Shown piece after piece: positions 12,601-24,600 of a stretch of DNA of 64,000 nucleotides. Below the pieces are notes generated by a model. That model was not told the DNA's origin. It saw only the letters and a list, made by a program, of their open reading frames with translations, and did no database searches. How positions within the stretch are numbered: position 1 is the first letter of the stretch; the number at the start of each line of letters is the position of its first letter. Origin of the DNA: Stegostoma tigrinum (lineage: Eukaryota); NCBI RefSeq assembly GCF_030684315.1, contig NC_081366.1, positions 38,354,078 through 38,418,077 on the forward strand. The letters are read 5' to 3'. The translations under genes were made by a program, and so were the position numbers.

Positions 12601-15600
12601 GAAAGCGCTTTGTGCTGTTTAAAAAGAAAAGTAGTAATGCAGATCCAATGAGGGTTCTTGCAGAACACTGGTATCCCTAGGTCTGATCAAGGAAACCTAG
12701 GTTCAAGTAACACCTGCTCCACAGATGGCTAATATCAAAACACTTGTTCAGTGATGTTAAGAGGTCACTGATCTGAAAAGTTAACATGCATCTTTGTCCA
12801 CAAATGTTGTCTGGCCTGTTGTGTATTTCTAGCCTTTACCATTTTAATCTTAATTGACAGATTTGTTCAACAGGTCATTTAAACGCAAGTGAACTTGAAC
12901 TTATTCAACGACTATGTTTTTAAAAATCCTACACTGAAATCCCTATATTTCTCACATATTGAATATGTCAAATGAGTTTTAAAGAATGTTATTTAAATGC
13001 TGGTATTTCTTAAAGGGGCAAGTGATCAGAAAAAGCTAACAATAAACAGTGCTAATTATCACGTTTTGCAACAGAGAACAGAAAAGATATAATATTTTGT
13101 TTTTCTGTATAAAGAAACAGGAATATGGAGACAAGTCTTTGAGACACAGAATCTTTCAAATAAAGCAGATCTATAAACTCTGAAGCAACAATTCTTAAAA
13201 TAAACAGTAAGCAAAGTCCAGAACATTTCTGCAACAAAAGCAGGGTTTGAATAAAAAAACTGGTACAGAATATCTATTATTACCTGAGAATCCAAGTCTT
13301 CTCCTTTTAAACAAAGATTTGCATCAATAACCGTAAGGCCCACCAGCAGGCCAACAATGATTGCTCCCTCATCGTGCAGCATCAGTGCATTTGGATCATA
13401 GAATTCACTAGAGTAACAAAATGCATTAATTAATTCAAAGCAATTTAAATTGTCAACTGGCATCCATTTTACTACAGAACAGTATGAACAAGTCATAAAA
13501 AGGATATGAACTACTAAAACCATTGTTAGCATGTATCTTCCTTTCACTAAGAAAATTCCCCACTTTTCAAACAAATAAAATTGCATCATGCAATCAAATT
13601 TCAGAGCAACATCAGATTAGTAACCAGTGTAATTAAGAATTCTAAAACTCAACTTCAAAACAACATTATGTTCACACATTTAATATAAAAGAAAACAATG
13701 AAGGCTTTCAAGATTCTGGAACTACTACAATCTGTGGTGCTGTCAACGTGGCATCATGGTACTATTAAATGGAACCAAATATGATGTGTGACCCAACAGT
13801 CGCCTATACAAATCTCTATTCCTCTTCCAAAATATTTAATGACAACAAACAGAGTCCTGAGTAAGCATGAAAAACTGGTGAACAGTGTAAATGTGAGATA
13901 AAAATGAACATCTTAGAATTCTCAAGCTGGATGCACTGAAGACATTTGGAAGGCTGCTTCTGTGAAGTTTACTGAGCTCCAAATATTGAAAGTAAATATA
14001 ACAAAAAGCTATTAATAGATCAGGCTGAAGAAAACCATGCAGCACACAGGAGTGCTAGAGTCAATTTCCAAGCAGCCAGCTCTGAATATCTCAATCAAAC
14101 CATCTTTTTATTTTATATTTCAAATCCCCTCACCCTATGGCCAGGTAACCACTCACCATCTGGGATTTAAACCCAGGTCCCCAGAACATTACCTTGGTCT
14201 CTCTAGATTAATAGTCTAGGTGATAATAGTACTAGGTGATCACCTCCCCCAACATTACCTTGGTCATATTAATGAAAGCTGAGGAACCACAGTAGCGATT
14301 AAAACTGAAAATCAACACATCAAGCATAGCTGCATGTAGGTTAATTAAATATAGGTCAGTATAATTTGTTTTTGGGGAGGGAACTGATGGAGAAAATGGT
14401 AGTTATTATAATTAAACAACGTCAAAAGTTCTGGAGTTAATGAGTTAAAATGTGAAATGACACAAACAAACACACTTTATATTGGTGATAATGGGAACTG
14501 CAGATGCTGGAGAATCCAAGATAATGAAATGTGAGGCTGGATGAACACAGCAGGCCCAGCAGCATCTCAGGAGCACAGATCTGGAGATAACAAGGTCTAC
14601 AGATGCTGGAAGTTAGAGTCGATAAAATGTGGAGCTGGAGGAGCACAGCAGGTCAGATAACAGCTGAGCAGGAGGAAAGTCAGACCTTCTATGCTCCCCC
14701 AGCTCCACATTTTAATCAATTTTACATTGATCTAGCAGTCTGATCAAACAGTGCAAAGGAAAAATAGATGAAAATTTTAGAAAAAAGTTAAGAGCAATGA
14801 CGATAATAGTTATAAAATGGAAATTCAGTTAACCAAAAAAAAGCAAGGTAAGATAGAAAAGTAATTTAAAAAAAAGACAGACAGAGACAGTGTGTGTTTC
14901 CCTCAATGATAAGTTGCTGCTCCAACGAGACAGTCATCCTACTTGGGATAACAAGGTGTAGAGCTGGATGAACACAGCAGGCTAAACAGCAGCGGAGCAG
15001 AAAAAGCTGATGTTTCGGGCCTAGACCCTCCTTGGAAAATTTTCTGAAGGGTCTAGGCCTGAAACGTCAGGCTTCCTGCTCCTCGGCCTGCTGTGTTCAT
15101 CCAGCTCCACACCTTGTTATCTCAAATTCTCCAGCATCTGCAGTTCCTACTATCTCAGTTACACTACTTGAACTGGTTCTGGGTAATGCAAGTAAGTGAC
15201 TTTAAAGAGTGGAATAGGAAACAGTGGCTACAATTAAACCTCAAGAACTAAAGGGGAGAACAGAAAGCAAATGACAGTGAAATAAGATGACATCACTTCC
15301 ATTAAAATAAAAATTGATAAGCATAATATTGGGGATTGGTAATAGTCCACTCCTTCAGGTTTTACCAGGTTGACAGAACCACAGTTATTTGTAAACTTTA
15401 ACAGGTTCCCAGGAACTTCTACTGTGAACTGGATTTCAGGATTTTGTCTTCCAGCTTCTAGGATGCCTTCTTAAACTTTAATTCTTGGTCTGTAGAAGAG
15501 AACTCGAAGTCAGAAAAGGGTTGATGTGTGTCAGGTTGAAGAAGTACTTTGCTTGGGCATTCTGATTTAAACAGGATTCGATAACCACTAAAAGTGGATA

Positions 15601-18600
15601 AAAAGGAGCAAGTTGCATTATTACTCCTTCAGACTAAGAAAAGATCCCACAGCACATGAAAGTGTAAGGAAGAAATTAATAGAAAATCAAGAATATATTC
15701 AGAAGAATGAATGATCAAAATTTTGATCAAAGAAAAGCTCAAAACCAAAAAAGCAGGTAGCTAAAGGAATGGGCCAAAAAAATAACTGTTTCAGAGAAAA
15801 CAGAACACGGGGTAGAGGGTTGGAAATAAGGCTGGAGAAAATAGAGAGAACAGAGCAAGACCATTCATGATTTAAACACAAGATAAAAATTTTATTTTTG
15901 AGGCATTGTGATCAGCTTAAATAGGTTCAAACGGACGAATTGAAGAATGTGAAGAATGGAGGCTTAGAGTTATCCACAAAGAGACTTGAGAACCTAAGAG
16001 CTCTCCATCCCTACAAGGTATAACTCAACATTCAAAGTGGTGAAACGTTATGTTAACCTTAACAGTAACAGGCTGCAATAATTATATAGATTATTAAACA
16101 AAAGCTACATAATAACTGTAAAAGTCATTGGGAAAATCCTGAGGGATTGTTAAAACACAGTCAATAAGTTGAAGAGCAATTGGCTACATCATGAAGCGTT
16201 TCTAGGCAGGCTGTACAAGGAGAATTTGAACCGGTATCATAGTGTCACTGGGTTAGTAGTCCAGAGCCCCAGGCTAATACTCTGGGGATCGAAGTATAAT
16301 ATGGCAGCTGGCAAAATTTTAATTCAATAAAATCTGAAAAGCCAAAACGTTAGTCTAAACACAACCACCACTGTCAGGAGAGTGCATCTGGCACATTAAG
16401 TTCCTCTGGGGAAAGAAATCGGCTGGCCTTGCCTCATCTGGCCTGAGACAGACTCTGGAACAACAAATGTGATTACTTCTTTTTGCTTTTTATATTTATC
16501 AATATGGTTCCATTGAGGAGACTATGATGTCATCCTTCCTCACTCCTGTAATCAATTCCCATGAAAAACTGACAACTCCTCCTCTTTTACCTCTTCCCTT
16601 CTCACCTGAAAACCCTACACCCTCTTTCAACTATGATTCACTGATAGCAATTATATCAAACTCCCATGTTTTAGTTTGTCCTCAACTCATCTGTCTTGTT
16701 TGTCAGACTCCTTGCATTAAAATAAATACCATCCAACATTGCCAAACCCCTTTGTGCCTTAACAGGTCTTTAATTTCTGTTCCTTCCTGATTCACTTGCA
16801 GTCTCTTCCGATTTCATTTTTGTGCTGTACAATTCTGACTATTAGAAAAGGGGCTTGGCGACAGGGGACTCCTGTACTAACAAAAACAGCAGTTGCTGGA
16901 AAAGCTCAGCATGTCTGGCAGCATCTGTGAAGAAAATATCAGAGTTAACGTTTCGAGTCTGGTCACCCTTCCTCAGAACTGACGGTAGCCGAGAAAACGT
17001 CAGTTCATTAGCAGAAAATAGGGAGGGGTTTGGGGGAGTAAATAATTGGATAGAACCACAAGGAGAGCAGTTGGATAGACAAAGCAGTTGATAATCCTCT
17101 GGCTAGGAGGGTGAATAGTTGTTAGTACAGAACGTTAGTGACTAACAATATGTAGTGTATAATGGCATGCTCTGTGATAACAGGACCTGGTGTATGGCAT
17201 AGGGAGCTGGGACATGAGAGTGAAGGCCCTAAAATTATTGAACTCGATATTGAGTCCAGAGGGATGCAAGATTCCCAAGCAGAAAATGACGTGTTGTTCT
17301 TCTAGCTTGCACTGAGCTCCACTGGAACCTTGTACTACCTGCCTTCCTCTACTTAGTCTTGTGGTCACCCACACCCTTTCTGCCTGTTCAGTCTTCACCT
17401 GCAGTGTGACCACCTCACTGAGTGTGCTCTCCACAACATGCTCAGCATCATGGCTGCTGCACAGCAACTTAGAGACTAACTCCTATCTTCACACGTAGGA
17501 TGCCCTCCAATGTGTTATGTGGCACAACCAACTACACTGAATGTCTAGCTACTCAAAACTAGTCATCCATCATGGGCTGTGGGTCATTAGGAGAACTGTA
17601 TTTAAATGCTAACTACAAGCTCATGGCCTGGTTCTACTAGCAAACCATAAAGATCAAACCTGTTTCAAAAAAGAATGCAGGAGACTGCAGCAGGAGCAGA
17701 ACCAGGTATATCTAAAAATGATGGCTCAACCTAGTGAAGCCAAACACAGAATAACTTGCAAGCCAAACAGTAGAAGCAGCTTTTAACATAAAGACCTGAG
17801 CAATCCCACCACCAGCAGTTGTATTCATCCAGCTCTACACCTGGTTACCCCTGCTCACAATTACGCTTTGCAATCCTACCACAGCCAATCGTAAATGCTG
17901 GTGGTCTATTAAACAACTCACTGGATTGGAGGATGTTCAAATATTCCCATCCTCGACAATGGGTCAATGCCATATAAAAGACTATGCTTAGGTATTTGCA
18001 TCCATCTTCAGCCAGAAGTGCCAAGTGGATGATTCAGTTTAATGAAGTCCCCAGCATCATAAGTGCCAGTCTTCATCCAATGTGATTCACTGGTTGGAGA
18101 TTCTAGAACTAGGTGGGCACAATTCAAAAATTAGGGCCAGGTCATTCCGATGCTAGGAAGCACTTCTAGACACAAAAGGTGGCAGAGATTTGGAATTCCT
18201 TCACAAACAACAGTTGATGCTAGATCAGTTGCTAATTTCAAGTTCTAAGTTAAGCAAACATTTTGAGGAGTATGGATCGAAAGGAAGTATGCAGAATTTG
18301 GCCACAGATAAGCCATTACCTCACTGGTCATGAGGGAATTAATGGCCTACTCCAGTTCCTATGCTCCTATGAACTAGAATAGTTTTTTTTGATATATGGC
18401 AAAGCTGAAGCCATAATAAAGCTATTGGAAGCCAGTTTCAATCAGGAACGCATTTTTATAAGAGGGAAGAGCTTAAAGAATGAAGAGACAAGGGGAAAAG
18501 GTAAAGATCCAAAAACAATAACTGTACAGCATGGGAACCAGACTGCTCAGGCACCCTCTTCAAGGTTGTATGGTGTGGATCACGAGTTTTCAAATTCTAA

Positions 18601-21600
18601 AAGGACTTACAGTAATGAGGAATAGGTACATAACCATATGTAACATAGGTACGAGAATCAGACAGTTGCCTGTGGGAGGATAAATTAGCTCTAACAAGAT
18701 GCCACTGGTCCAGGAACACAACAACAAAAGTAGACACTAAAGTTAAATATTTATCAGAAAGGGCTAGTTGATAAAGAAATGTAATAAGTAGGAAAGGCCA
18801 TTGAAAAAAATTTCTGATGGCCGAAGCCCAAAAGTAGCGAACGCACCCTGCAAGTTAAACAAACGAATAAATGGTCTAAACAATGCCTCAAGTTCGGAAC
18901 TTCTCAATAAAGGTCCATCTTAGTAAACTTGCGCTGTCTCCAGTTGAAAGTGGGCTTCATGTTTTACTGACATCAGGGGCATGAGGAAGCAGCTTTCAGG
19001 CATCTTTATAAGACATAGATGATTTTTTTTTAAAAATAGGGGCGATGGATTTTAAGAAGTGCCATAAAAAGGGGTAAGAGCAGAATTCAAAATTGGAAGT
19101 CAGGCTGCAAGGTCTTTTAACTACAGATTGTAAAATGGATTGAGTATAACTTTGCATCAATCTTATTTTGAAAAGTTAACCTTATTGTTACTGTTCAAAG
19201 TACAGCCTCAAGAAAAGATGCAGCAGCTGACAAAAGTGAAATGGATGCATTCCAACATCTATTTGTATGATGGAAATGGGTGACACCTAGATGAGACTAG
19301 ATGCTTGTTTTGAGGTCTTCAGAGTTAAGTGAGAAAGATCCCAAGGTGGAAGATAGTATTCAAACAAAACACTGAATAAATTTAAAATGAAGCAGATATT
19401 TAGAAATATTCAGCATTAGAAAATTCCAGGAACATAACATTGTTTTCAGTGATGCTTCTTATGCAAATCTCCATGAGCATCTCAAATACAGGATGGCTTA
19501 AGTTTTCTTTTTAGGACACGGAAGTAAATTGTTCTTTGCTCAAGGAAGCTAAAAAGATCAGAAGAATAGTAAAAACTATTTTACCTACAGAAACTCTTCC
19601 TCTTGAAGCAATAGGTACGGTGACACTTTAAAACTAAAATATTGGAAGTAATTCTAAATAAGGGATTCATAAGTCACTGTGAGATAAAGCATCTTCAAAG
19701 TATGTTACTGTAAGAAGATTGAGTATCGATATTGCAGGGTTTAATTCAAATGCTGAAGAAGAAATCTCCAAACTGAAACACATGGGTAGCAGCAGTCAAT
19801 TATCTGACTGCTTTACAAAGAAAGGAAGGAACTGTAAGAAATACTGGAAAAAGGAAATTTAGAATTAAGGCTAGGAAATCTGCAGCATGTAATTCAGCTG
19901 GTGACCCCTCCCCATACCTGTCAGTCAGAAATATGATGAAATGCTTGCCACTTAGGTGAACGAGGCAACATTTGGAGTAGTCTGACACCATCCAGGACTA
20001 AGCAACCGCCTGGATTAGCACCACATTTACTACTTTTCATATTCAGTTGTTTCACCAACATAAGATATTGCCTTGTTGTGATGCAGAGACAGCAGTGTGT
20101 ACCATTTACAAAGTGCACTATAGTAACTCACCAAGGCTCCTTCAACAGCAGTTTCCAAACTTGCAGGTTCTACCATCTAAAAGGATAAAGGGCAGCAGAT
20201 GCACAGGAGCAACACCAACCGCAAGCTCCCTCCAATCCACACCATCTTGACTTAGAACTGTATGATTTCCCCTTCAGTCACTGCTTTTAAGTTCCTAAAA
20301 CAACTAGCACTGTTGTATACCTACACATCAAGGAATGCAGGGGTTCAGCAAGGCAGCTCAGTCTTTTAAAGGGAAAACAGATGGCTACCAAATGTTGGAT
20401 TAGCATACACTCTAGAATCAATAACAACAAAAAGACAGATCAGGTTCTAGATAGTACGAAGTTAAACGCAGTGGGTGTCCAGTTGCATAGGTCTTTAAAA
20501 TGCCACAGGGATAGAAAATAATCAGGACAGCTAATGCTGGCCTTTATAGCTACCAGACTGGAGCAATAATGATGCAGAAATTATGCTGCAGTTATACAAA
20601 AGGTTAGACCCCACTTGGACTAGAGAGCAGATCCTGGGCACCATATCTTAGGAAGGATATGCTGGCCTTGAAGGGTCAACACAGGTTTTTAAGAATGATA
20701 CCTGGATTTCACAGGCTAATTTATAAGGAGCGATAACAAAAATTAGGCCTGTTGTGTCTAGAATTTAGAAGGTTAAAAAGGGATTGGATGGTAGTCTTCA
20801 AGATATTAACAGGACAAGACAGGATACATTAAAGTAAGCTATTGCCACTGTTTAGGGAATCTAGAACCAGGCAACATATTTTTGAATTAGGGCCAAACAG
20901 TTCAGGAGAGATGTAAGAAGGCACTTCTGAACAGAAGAGCTGGCAGGAGGTTTGGAACTTACGTCCACAACAGCAGTGGATGTTAGATCAGTTGTTAATT
21001 TTAAATTGGAGATGGATCATTTTTCGTTAAGCAAAAGTATAACGGATATGGACCAGAGGCAAGTATACAGAGTTAGGCCACAGATCAGACTCACTAACAT
21101 GGCAGAGCTGACTTGAGGGGCTGAATGACTTACTCTGTTCCTTTGTTATTAGGCCACATGCTAATGGGGAATAGCACTGATACAGATTTGTAGGTTGATC
21201 ATGGCCCATTTGTATAGCAAGAGTCAAAGATTTAATTTCATTTAGCAACTAACCGTCCCAGCAATCATTCCAGGGTCTTTTGATTCAGAGTAATGATTAT
21301 GAACTTTATCAGAGTTAAAGTACGCAATTTATCCAAAAGCAAATCACCTCAGCAGATCTTTCCGATCAAGCAAGGCCTTCAAATAATCGGCTAATTTCTT
21401 CTGCATTAAAGCAAGATTCAGCCATGCTCGTCCTCTTCCTACAGGAGTTCTGAAAAGTAAACATTATGATTTTTTTTGTTAAAAAAAATCCAATAAAGCA
21501 CCTTAACGTAAAACAATTTCCAAACTTACTTTAGTCCTGGCAGGTCTCTAACGCTGGCTGCTATTTCAGCAGCTTCAGGGCAAAGTTTTTCCACCAGCTC

Positions 21601-24600
21601 TAGAGGACCCCAAAATGACTTGTTTGGGCCAAGGAAAGTCTTTTTAACTGAGAAAGAAAATAAATGTTTTGTCAGTTTTGTGATCTTTCATTGAATGAAA
21701 AGCAGACCACTAAAACAACATGCCCCGACGTACCTTTCAGTCCATGTTTAAGGCATTGCTCCATAACCACAAAAAACTGCTGAAGAGGAGGGAAATCTGC
21801 ATCTAAAGTCCTTCCCAGGTTTAATGCAGACTGAATAAGCACTTTGATACTAAGTTTCATCATATTCATGAGGTTGACTCGTTCATTTTTCATATGCTCA
21901 TTATTATCTAAATTTTAAAAAAATATAATGATTAGAAAGAGCAGATAAGTGCAATTGAAAAAATGATTTTACAATGAAATTAACATCTATACAAAAGTAT
22001 TGTAAGTTGTTCGAAAACCAACCATCTTAAAATATTTTTGCAGCATGCTCACTTTAGTGCAGTTGTTTTCAGGCCTTGTCTTCACCACTTTTGTAATTTG
22101 AAGTTGATTGGCTCGCCAAACTGGTTTGTTGTTTTGCAGATATTTTTTGTTACCATGCTTGGTAACATCCTCAGTGCGGCCTCTGATGAAGCGATGTTTT
22201 CCTGCCTGGTGCTTAAACTCTGGGTTGTTGAGATGGATTGCCTCACTTGTGGTTTTCCTTCATAGTGGAATGTCTATGGGGTCGAGTTCAATGCATTTAT
22301 TAATAGCATGCTTCGTGGAGTGCCAGGCTTCCAGGAATTCTCGTGCTCGTCCCTGCCTAGCCTGTCCCAGGATGTTGGTGTTGTCCCAGTTGAAGTCGTG
22401 GTTCTCCTCGTCCATTTTGATTGTGACGAGTGAGTATTGGTTGTGTCTTTTTGTACCCAGTTGGTGTTCATGTACATACAAACAGGAAGGAAACTAACAA
22501 CAAGAGGACACCCTTTGCAATCCACATGGACATGGAGAACCACCACTCGACTGGGACAACACCAACATCCTGGGACAGGCTAGACAGAGACAAGCACAAG
22601 AACTCCTGGAAGCCTGGCACTTCACGAAGCATGCTATTAATAAATGCATTGAACTCGACCCCACAGACATTTCACTACAAAGGAAAGCCAGAAGTGAGGC
22701 AATCCATCTCAATGAACACCAGAGATAAAGTGTGGAACTGGATGAATACAGCAGTCCAAGCAGCATCTCAGGAGCACAAAAGCTGATGTTTCGTGCCTAT
22801 ACCTGATGAAGGGTCTGTTGTGCTCCTGAAATGCTGCTTAGCCTGATGTGTTCATCCAGCTCCACACTTTGTTATCTCGGATTCTCCGGCATCTGCAGTT
22901 CCCATTATCTTCCCTCTCAATGAGCACCAGGCAGGAAAACACACCAACGCTTCAGCAGAGGCTGCACTGAGGATGTTACCAAGCATGGTAACGAAACTCT
23001 GCAAAACAACAAACCAGCTCAGCCAGCCAACCAATCTCACACCCACAACCTGAGCTACAGATCTACTCCAAAACCTTTTGTAATTTACCATTCCCCAAAC
23101 TTGGGAAAATACACTAAAATCTTCCCTAGTTGGTTAAGCCACTTTTTGGTGAAGCTTTTCAATTTCAGTCACTAATTAGCAGTTGCTAAAGGATAGTGTC
23201 TTTTTACTTTGAGTGTTTTTTTAAAAGAAAAAATGGATTGGATGAGAAAATTTGTCTTTTATAAAAAAAAAATCAGTGTTTAAAAAAAAAGGTGTCAGTA
23301 TAATTGGAAAGCAAGTAACCAGAGACCTACATGAAGCATTACGTAGGCAAATGTTTGGACAAACATTAATTGAAGTTTGAGTTGCAGACAATTTGGATCC
23401 AAGGGGGGGGTGTACAGATGTTGTCTTTGCGAGCTAAAAGTTGATTTGTTTTTGAACTAATGAGTTACCAATGACAGAGACTTTTTGCCTACCACCAACT
23501 GACTTATTGGTTCTCAGATAAACGAACAGTTGAACTGGAAACAAGTTGTACAGAAGGGGAAGTGTTCAATTCTCTGCCAGTTCCAGGGCAATGTGTCTGT
23601 TCTGTGCAGTCAAAACTCACTGTTTTTGTTTCTTCAGTTTACTGAGTGCTGAATAAACTCAGCAGGTCTGGAAGCAAGTGTGGAGAGAGAAGAGGAGTCA
23701 ACATTACACCATTTCCCAGATGCTTTCAGTTCTGATGAAGGATCACTGGTCTTATAACATTACTGTTAATGTTAAAGATCCAGCAACCCTTCGTCTGAAC
23801 TAAATATGTTGGGAAATGGTGGTAATTTCAACTACTCTTCTCTCTGCAGAGGCTTCCAGAGCTACCGAGTTTCTCCAGCACTCTGCTTCAGATTTCCAGC
23901 AGTTATTTGTTGTAGTTTAATGAACTGAATAAAATGTTAATCTTTCATGCAACAGCTGTGATAAACTATGAGCTTTAACAATAGTCAAGAGACTTTTACT
24001 AAGTGAACCAACTACCTCAAATCTGTTATCAACCAGTGAAAACATCCAGGAAAAGAAAAATCCCCGAAGCAACATGCTGGTCAGCAAATAATCTTAAGGA
24101 TCATCTCAAACGATCCTGGTACCAAAGGTCAAAGGAAAACTGAAGTATTAGGGCCAGTGTCAGCTGTATTTTTACCTTCATTTACTTCAAGAATTTTTGA
24201 ACGCCTCACATCTGGCCATGGTGCCTCATTAAGCTTAAGTGCCAACCATCTATCCAAGACTTGTTCCTTATTAATTTTGACCCCCACTAGTGACAGATTT
24301 TTTTCCTATCACCATGGCCTGGTTTTACAGACCAGACCAAACCCCCTAAAAACATAATAAGAAGGTGGCTTTGAAGCTAAAATTTTCAAGCTCCGACAGA
24401 ACAGGATTTTTAGATTTAGTTTTTCAGTAACAGTTGCTGGGATCTTGAAGCTGGGTTTGGAAGCTGCAGTATATCTGTCCCTGCTACTGAGTTTTCGTTT
24501 GTTTTTCCTCCGAGACAAGAGAGTTACATGTGAGGCAATCTATTTTACTGAATTTACCTTTGCCAAGGGTTTGTTTTGAGATGTTGCTCTTGGAACAATT

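Larger units (their letters stand above)
22103..23070. mobile_element. Penelope-like element 3' ends in divergent inverted arrangement (GIY-YIG C-terminus + terminal repeat)
   Basis: Minus frame [48 protein letters not shown] (22260-22481). Mirror copy on plus strand from ~22500. Terminal regions 22103-22245 and 22915-23045 are reverse complements. Confidence 0.85.

Noticed and set aside
13059-13589. 176-aa single-exon ORF
   Set aside because: Only 13284-13407 is RUFY1 exon 5; the rest is intron read-through.
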